IMG/VR virus record: IMGVR_UViG_3300044846_004119
Span: 64,001-128,000 of that record
Source: a virus
DNA: 64,000 nucleotides
Strand: one strand, 5' to 3'
The notes below the pieces were generated by a model that worked only from the letters and a program-made list of their open reading frames with translations, did not search any database and was not told where the DNA came from. Every line of letters begins with the position of its first letter. Positions within the stretch are counted from its first letter, which is position 1. Positions 59,141 to 64,000 of the stretch are shown in pieces. Position numbers and translations under genes: made by a program.

Positions 59141-59166
59141 TATTATAAATTTAAAAACAACAAAAT

Positions 59167-59922
59167 ATGTCATACACTTCCGAGTCAATTAAATCAACCG
59201 CACCAGCAGTATTTGCAACGTTCCCATCTCAAAAGATGTCGGATAAGTATGTTTTCGTACCAACATTTGAAATTCTTGAGAATTTTGAACGTGAGGGATG
59301 GCAATTATCATCTGTTAAACAAACAGGTCGTGGTGAACATGGTGTTCACGAATTAAGATTTCGTAATGGGGAATTACCTAAAGTTGGTGATTCAATCGTA
59401 GAGGCAATTATTCGTAACTCGCATAACGGATTGGCAACATTCTCAGTTAGTGCTGGCCTTCATCGATTAGTATGTAGTAACGGTTTAACGGTACCTACGT
59501 CACTTTCTGAGTCATTCAACCTTAGACATCAAAGATTTGATTTAAATGAGGTAAAACAACTTACAGAGAGTTTTGCGGGACGGTTACCTGTAATCCAAAG
59601 GTCAGTAGACCGAATGATGAATAAAGAACTGACTTTACCTGAGAAAATTCAATTCATTAAGAAAGCTATCAACACTCGTTGGAAGACTGGTACTGTACCG
59701 CCAACTCTTGATGTTATGGAGATTATGTACCCTAAACGTGAGGAAGATAACAAGAATGACTTATGGACGGTATTCAATGTGGTACAAGAGAAGTTTATTA
59801 AAGGTGGTCTTGAGTATCAAACACAAAGAGGTAGAAAAACATCCTTAAGAGGTTTAAGTAGTATTATGGCGGTTAACCAAGTTAATACCAAACTTTGGGA
59901 ACTTGCAGAAGAGATGTGTTAA
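59167..59922 (+). CDS. DUF932 (DUF945-like) family protein
   Basis: YVFVPT.EIL...GW, HELRFR, IRNSHNG..TF...AGLHRLVCSNGL, DLWTVFNVVQE. Confidence 0.85.
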   Translation: MSYTSESIKSTAPAVFATFPSQKMSDKYVFVPTFEILENFEREGWQLSSVKQTGRGEHGVHELRFRNGELPKVGDSIVEAIIRNSHNGLATFSVSAGLHRLVCSNGLTVPTSLSESFNLRHQRFDLNEVKQLTESFAGRLPVIQRSVDRMMNKELTLPEKIQFIKKAINTRWKTGTVPPTLDVMEIMYPKREEDNKNDLWTVFNVVQEKFIKGGLEYQTQRGRKTSLRGLSSIMAVNQVNTKLWELAEEMC

Positions 59923-59926
59923 TTTA

Positions 59927-59949
59927 AATGGGGGTAATAATCCCCCATT
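59927..59949 (+). terminator. GC-rich hairpin after DUF932 (terminator or RNA stabiliser)
   Basis: AATGGGGG-TAATAAT-CCCCCATT; weak T-tract. Confidence 0.55.
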
Positions 59950-59964
59950 CATTTAATTTAAATT

Positions 59965-61731
59965 ATGAAAGAAATTTATTCATATACTTTGACGGATTAC
60001 ACCACGATAAAATTCGAGGGTACTAATGATTTATGTTTTGATAAACATGAGACTGTGAATCCATTGGGGGATGACGAACCATTAAAGAAAAAAGTTACAC
60101 TATCAACCGATGATTGGGATGGAGGGTATTATGGTAAATTTAAACAAGAATCTGTTAGTGAAGACAAAGAGGATTTTATTAAAAACTATGGTAATCCTTT
60201 ATGTACTGTAAGGTTGTACAGAAGAACCATTGTTGTTACTGAGAAGGATAATAAGATTGCTTTAAAAATATTTGAATATAACCGAGTTAGGATTAAGGCG
60301 ACCAAATATTTTAGGTTATCAACAAGAGTTGAATTTCTAACATTTAATCATACAACAAATTCATTATATACGGGTTATATTCTAGACTATCATAAAAAAA
60401 GAAAGTGTCGTAAAAAAATTAGAAGGTGTATTTTTGCTGAAGACCCAATTAATCGTTTTCGTTCTTTAATAAATTCTTTATTTGGTGACTACAATAAAAA
60501 AGTTATTGAACCTAAAATTTGGGGGAGGTCTGATTTAATTAATCATATTATTAATTTGTTTGTTAACTCAATCCCTGGCACTGAAAAATACCCTGAATTA
60601 TCACCTGAGTTAAAATTATATAAACGATACTTAGATTATTCGGGTATTAAATTCTCAAACAATTGGAGTTCGTTTATATTATATAATCCACAACCTAAAA
60701 AGGTTGAGTTGGTTAAGAATGGTATGAAATATATTGATACTATTATTAGTAACGCAGGTCTTAATGGAGATAAACTTAAACGTGTATTACATAAAGTAAA
60801 ACAATGTGATTTTACAACATTATCTTATACTTATGAGGTTTTTGGTAAGAATTTTATAATGTCACAAAATGACGATATCATTAAAAAAATGATTGAAAAC
60901 TCCGTGGTTAACGGTAGTGGCGTACAGGTTAATTTTACTAACAAGGAAAACCAAAACTCGTTCGATATCTTCAAGTTAGTATTAGATGGACAAATAAATT
61001 ATAATACCTTCCATGACCATTTAAACTTTCATAATTTCTTAAATAATTTAGAAACAATTAAGTGGAAGTCTTCTAATTACGAAGACTTTATGGATGAACA
61101 CTTTGAGTGGTCAGAAAAACAAGCGTTCTATACGTCAGGTGACTTTAAAAGATATTATGGTGAGAAGTTTAAGTCAGAAGTTGAAAGACCGTTATTGGGT
61201 GTAAATGTTCATTTTCCTGTTTTATTGACCACTAGTAAAGAATATAATAAAGAATCTTTCATACAGTCTAATTGTGTTAAAACTTATATTAAAAAACCAC
61301 ACTCAGTTATTGTATCTTTAAGAAGAGATAATGTTGATTCTGAATATAGAGTGACTATTGAATACTTTATTAAGTATAGTGGTGGTAAAGTAGTTGAATT
61401 GAAAAGAGTACAATCATTAGGTAAATTTAATTATAACTTTGGGGAAGATTGGTCAATTATTTTAGAAAACCTTGATAGACGAATAGATAACTTGGTTAAA
61501 AAAGAATTGTTTGTTTTACCTGAGATAGAATCTATATTTGGTCACAAAACAATCAAAAGTAAATTAGTTGAAATAGGCCCAAACCAATTTTATGATGTTC
61601 ATAACAGAGGTAGTGAAACTAAATTAGATTGGGATAATGATATGATATATAATGTTGCTTTAAAACAAAGTATATTTGATGATTTTGAACCTAATAATTT
61701 ACTAAATATGATTAATGAATTAGATTTTTAA
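59965..61731 (+). CDS. PcfJ-like domain protein
   Basis: C-terminal EYNKESFIQSNCVKTY...IVSLR...RVTIE...Q..GKFN. Confidence 0.65.
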   Translation: MKEIYSYTLTDYTTIKFEGTNDLCFDKHETVNPLGDDEPLKKKVTLSTDDWDGGYYGKFKQESVSEDKEDFIKNYGNPLCTVRLYRRTIVVTEKDNKIALKIFEYNRVRIKATKYFRLSTRVEFLTFNHTTNSLYTGYILDYHKKRKCRKKIRRCIFAEDPINRFRSLINSLFGDYNKKVIEPKIWGRSDLINHIINLFVNSIPGTEKYPELSPELKLYKRYLDYSGIKFSNNWSSFILYNPQPKKVELVKNGMKYIDTIISNAGLNGDKLKRVLHKVKQCDFTTLSYTYEVFGKNFIMSQNDDIIKKMIENSVVNGSGVQVNFTNKENQNSFDIFKLVLDGQINYNTFHDHLNFHNFLNNLETIKWKSSNYEDFMDEHFEWSEKQAFYTSGDFKRYYGEKFKSEVERPLLGVNVHFPVLLTTSKEYNKESFIQSNCVKTYIKKPHSVIVSLRRDNVDSEYRVTIEYFIKYSGGKVVELKRVQSLGKFNYNFGEDWSIILENLDRRIDNLVKKELFVLPEIESIFGHKTIKSKLVEIGPNQFYDVHNRGSETKLDWDNDMIYNVALKQSIFDDFEPNNLLNMINELDF

Positions 61732-61732
61732 G

Positions 61733-62044
61733 ATGAAAGAAATTCCTTTATTTTGTGTTGAAATGTTTACCAAAAAGTATGGTGTTCATCCTAGTTTTGT
61801 TGAGGTGATGTTACCATATTCAGAATCCGCAATTAAAACGGTAATTAAGAAATCGTATTTACTATGGTACAATGACTTTGTTAATGAGAAAGGTGAAGTG
61901 TTAACTAAAGACACGTTATATGAATACGATTCAACAGGAGTTCTTTTGTATTTTAAAAACGGTACTCATATATTTATATTAACAAAACCCGACAAGAAAA
62001 GTATTGTTGAGTTTTTTATACATAACTTAAAAAAAATAAAATAA
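61733..62044 (+). CDS. Hypothetical protein
   Basis: 103 aa, in operon. Confidence 0.6.
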   Translation: MKEIPLFCVEMFTKKYGVHPSFVEVMLPYSESAIKTVIKKSYLLWYNDFVNEKGEVLTKDTLYEYDSTGVLLYFKNGTHIFILTKPDKKSIVEFFIHNLKKIK

Positions 62045-62047
62045 ACT

Positions 62048-62371
62048 ATGGAAATTACACAAGAATTATTACAGGAAAAAATTAACAACGGAGAAAAATT
62101 AGTTGTGGATTTTTGGGCACCTTGGTGTGGCCCTTGTAAAATGATGAAACCTGTTTTTGAAACCGTTGCGGAAAAATATCAAAAAGAAAATTCTGAAGTA
62201 CAATTATATACATTGAATGTTGAAGAGAATAAAGAATTTTCGTCCAAGTTAGGAATTAGAGCAATCCCTACAATAAAATCTTTTGCCAATGGTAAAGAAC
62301 AATTTTCAAGACCAGGATTACAAATGGAGTCTCAAATAAATGATATTGCAAAAAATTTATTAAATGGATAA
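62048..62371 (+). CDS. trxA: Thioredoxin
   Basis: VDFWAPWCGPCK, IRAIPT. Confidence 0.95.
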   Translation: MEITQELLQEKINNGEKLVVDFWAPWCGPCKMMKPVFETVAEKYQKENSEVQLYTLNVEENKEFSSKLGIRAIPTIKSFANGKEQFSRPGLQMESQINDIAKNLLNG

Positions 62372-62648
62372 AGTATTAATTCTTTTCACAATGGAGGGTT
62401 GTCCTTTTTGTGATATAATGAAAGAACAATTAAATGAGATTGATATCGATTATGTGGTTAGGGATATTAACGAATATGAGGAAGAATATGACATGTTTGT
62501 TGAGATTACCGAAAATGACTTTGTACCGGCATTTATGATTATTGAATCACCTGATGAAAATCCTAAGACCATGTTATTTGCTCCTGATAGAGATTTCAAT
62601 GAAATTGAAGACGGGGTTAAAATAATTAAAGAACATTTTAATTTATAA
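62364..62648 (+). CDS. Glutaredoxin-like protein
   Basis: FTMEGCPFC, FVPAF (cis-Pro motif). Confidence 0.8.
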   Translation: MDKVLILFTMEGCPFCDIMKEQLNEIDIDYVVRDINEYEEEYDMFVEITENDFVPAFMIIESPDENPKTMLFAPDRDFNEIEDGVKIIKEHFNL

Positions 62649-62670
62649 AAATCCTTCACTGGATTTTTTT
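62647..62670 (+). terminator. Intrinsic terminator
   Basis: AAAAATCC-TTCACT-GGATTTTT followed by Ts. Confidence 0.6.
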
Positions 62671-62683
62671 ATGTATTTACGAT

Positions 62684-63208
62684 ATGAATTTGACTTTTAA
62701 AAAAAATGGTGTCACTCATCATCCTGCAAGAACTTGGGAATTAACTGACGGTAATTACATTAATATTTATCAGGGTAGTCGTGGACACAATCCAGAGTTA
62801 GATTTTATTGTTAAATATAAAACTGAAAAATCTAGATTAAGAGCACCATCACATACTCATTGGATTGTTGATTTACTTTTAAAATGTGAACATAATCCAA
62901 ATGGAGTTAATTCTTATGTAACTGAATGGTTAGAGATATACGATGTTGCCTCAGCATTCAACTCTATTGAGGAACGTAATAATTATTGTTTAATGTATAA
63001 CGATTATTTTACCGAAAAATATGATTTATTACAAAATTTAGGTGTTTTTTCAGTTGAATTTTTATCCGCAATGATTGAATTGTTTATTAAGTGTGAAAAA
63101 CAAACGCCCAATGCCTTCATGTTTAAAACCCTTTTAGTTTTAATTAAAGATTATTGTGAGGGTAAAAAAGACTTCTACCAAGTAGTGTCCTATTCTAAAC
63201 GAGTTTAA
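62684..63208 (+). CDS. Hypothetical protein (solitary transcription unit)
   Basis: 174 aa, with a terminator upstream and a convergent gene downstream. Confidence 0.7.
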   Translation: MNLTFKKNGVTHHPARTWELTDGNYINIYQGSRGHNPELDFIVKYKTEKSRLRAPSHTHWIVDLLLKCEHNPNGVNSYVTEWLEIYDVASAFNSIEERNNYCLMYNDYFTEKYDLLQNLGVFSVEFLSAMIELFIKCEKQTPNAFMFKTLLVLIKDYCEGKKDFYQVVSYSKRV

Positions 63209-63999
63209 AAAATAATTAAATCTTTTGTTCTATCATGGATTAACCATGGTTTATCACTAATAGGATTATTTAAATCCTCAGAAACATCGTAGTTTAATAT
63301 GGTAGTTTGAAATTTATTTAAATTAAAATCAAATACATCCAATACCATAGATTTAATTGTTTCTTCCTGATAAATCGAATCTGAAATTATTCTTATATTA
63401 AAATCGTAATCTTGGTTTTTAAGCGTTGATATTTTGAATAATATCTTATTTGAATTAATTACTTTGAATAACTGATTACAAATATATTCTGAATAATAAA
63501 AATATAATCTACCCATACTTAAACTATGTCCGTATGGGAATTCTGATGAAATATTAAGAGGTGAATAAGAGAAGTAACTTAATTTTGTTGTATCTTCATG
63601 ACCAAAATCTAACTCAACCATGAACCCTTTATGGTCCGATACTGAATTATATTTAACAGTATTATCTGATTGAACAAAGTCAATCATTTTTTGGTTAAAT
63701 GACGGTCTTTCAGTATTATAGAAGGTGAACCAATATTCTTCCTTCTTAACTAATTCATTATTGTATAAGATTAGGTCGACAACATTTATATTATCATAAC
63801 CGTACTTGTTCAACAAGGATTCGTTTTCTTTATAAAACCTTTCTTTAACGTCAGACATGTCTAATATCTTAGAAGAGTTTGTCATACCGTTTATTACAAA
63901 GAATTTACCACAATCAGTTATCTCAACTACCGTATCGTATTTTGTATCTTTGTTTATCTCTTTTAAAACAAAATCGGCAAAACTGTTTACGATTCCTTT
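63205..63999 (-). CDS. Divergent S-adenosylmethionine synthetase (MetK)-fold protein; 5' end beyond the window
   Basis: Frame stays open to the window edge: KGIVNSFADFVLKEINKDTKYDTVVEITDCGKFFVINGMTNSSKILDM...KYGYD, which aligns by eye to the MetK N-terminal domain. Confidence 0.45.
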   Translation of the reverse strand, partial: KGIVNSFADFVLKEINKDTKYDTVVEITDCGKFFVINGMTNSSKILDMSDVKERFYKENESLLNKYGYDNINVVDLILYNNELVKKEEYWFTFYNTERPSFNQKMIDFVQSDNTVKYNSVSDHKGFMVELDFGHEDTTKLSYFSYSPLNISSEFPYGHSLSMGRLYFYYSEYICNQLFKVINSNKILFKISTLKNQDYDFNIRIISDSIYQEETIKSMVLDVFDFNLNKFQTTILNYDVSEDLNNPISDKPWLIHDRTKDLIIF

Positions 64000-64000
64000 A

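Noticed and set aside
205-62659. Other short alternative-frame or antisense ORFs in the track (e.g. 1268-1471, 8821-9153, 43755-44234, 49253-49696, 51835-52248)
   Set aside because: Nested in or opposite to well-supported genes, with no motifs or leaders
1-64000. Stop-codon reassignment (alternative genetic code), as in some jumbo phages
   Set aside because: Standard code gives full-length conserved genes and dense tiling; TAA, TGA and TAG all terminate genes
1-64000. tRNA, rRNA or riboswitch genes
   Set aside because: Intergenic gaps are short and AT-rich; no cloverleaf or T-arm (GTTCRA) context recognised

Overview
AT-rich, gene-dense 64 kb segment of a large T4-like (jumbo) myophage, most likely infecting Bacteroidota. 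Host evidence: a Bacteroidota-type sigma70, TTTG-N19/20-TAnnTTTG promoters, A-rich leaders without Shine-Dalgarno sites, SprB-like repeats and an Hc1-like small protein. Gene order: (1) replication and nucleotide metabolism (SSB, UvsX/RecA, 5'-3' exonuclease, DnaB helicase, NrdB-NrdA); (2) a ~28 kb baseplate/tail/virion-surface block with Pro-Thr- and Thr-rich linkers, containing a glycosyltransferase-like gene and a RuvC-like resolvase; (3) primase, exonuclease, GNAT, cysteine synthase, SbcD/SbcC-like pair and sigma factor; (4) a probable lysis cassette and acidic head-type proteins; (5) DnaJ, an adenine MTase, an LRR protein, DUF932, a PcfJ-like protein, Trx/Grx and a MetK-fold ORF. The most striking observation is a gene resembling plant peptidyl-Ser/Hyp O-glycosyltransferases (GT96/GT95) among mucin-like Pro/Thr-repeat virion proteins, suggesting a phage-encoded virion O-glycosylation module. 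No tRNA, rRNA or CRISPR array was seen. All family assignments come from motif recognition by eye; no searches were run.
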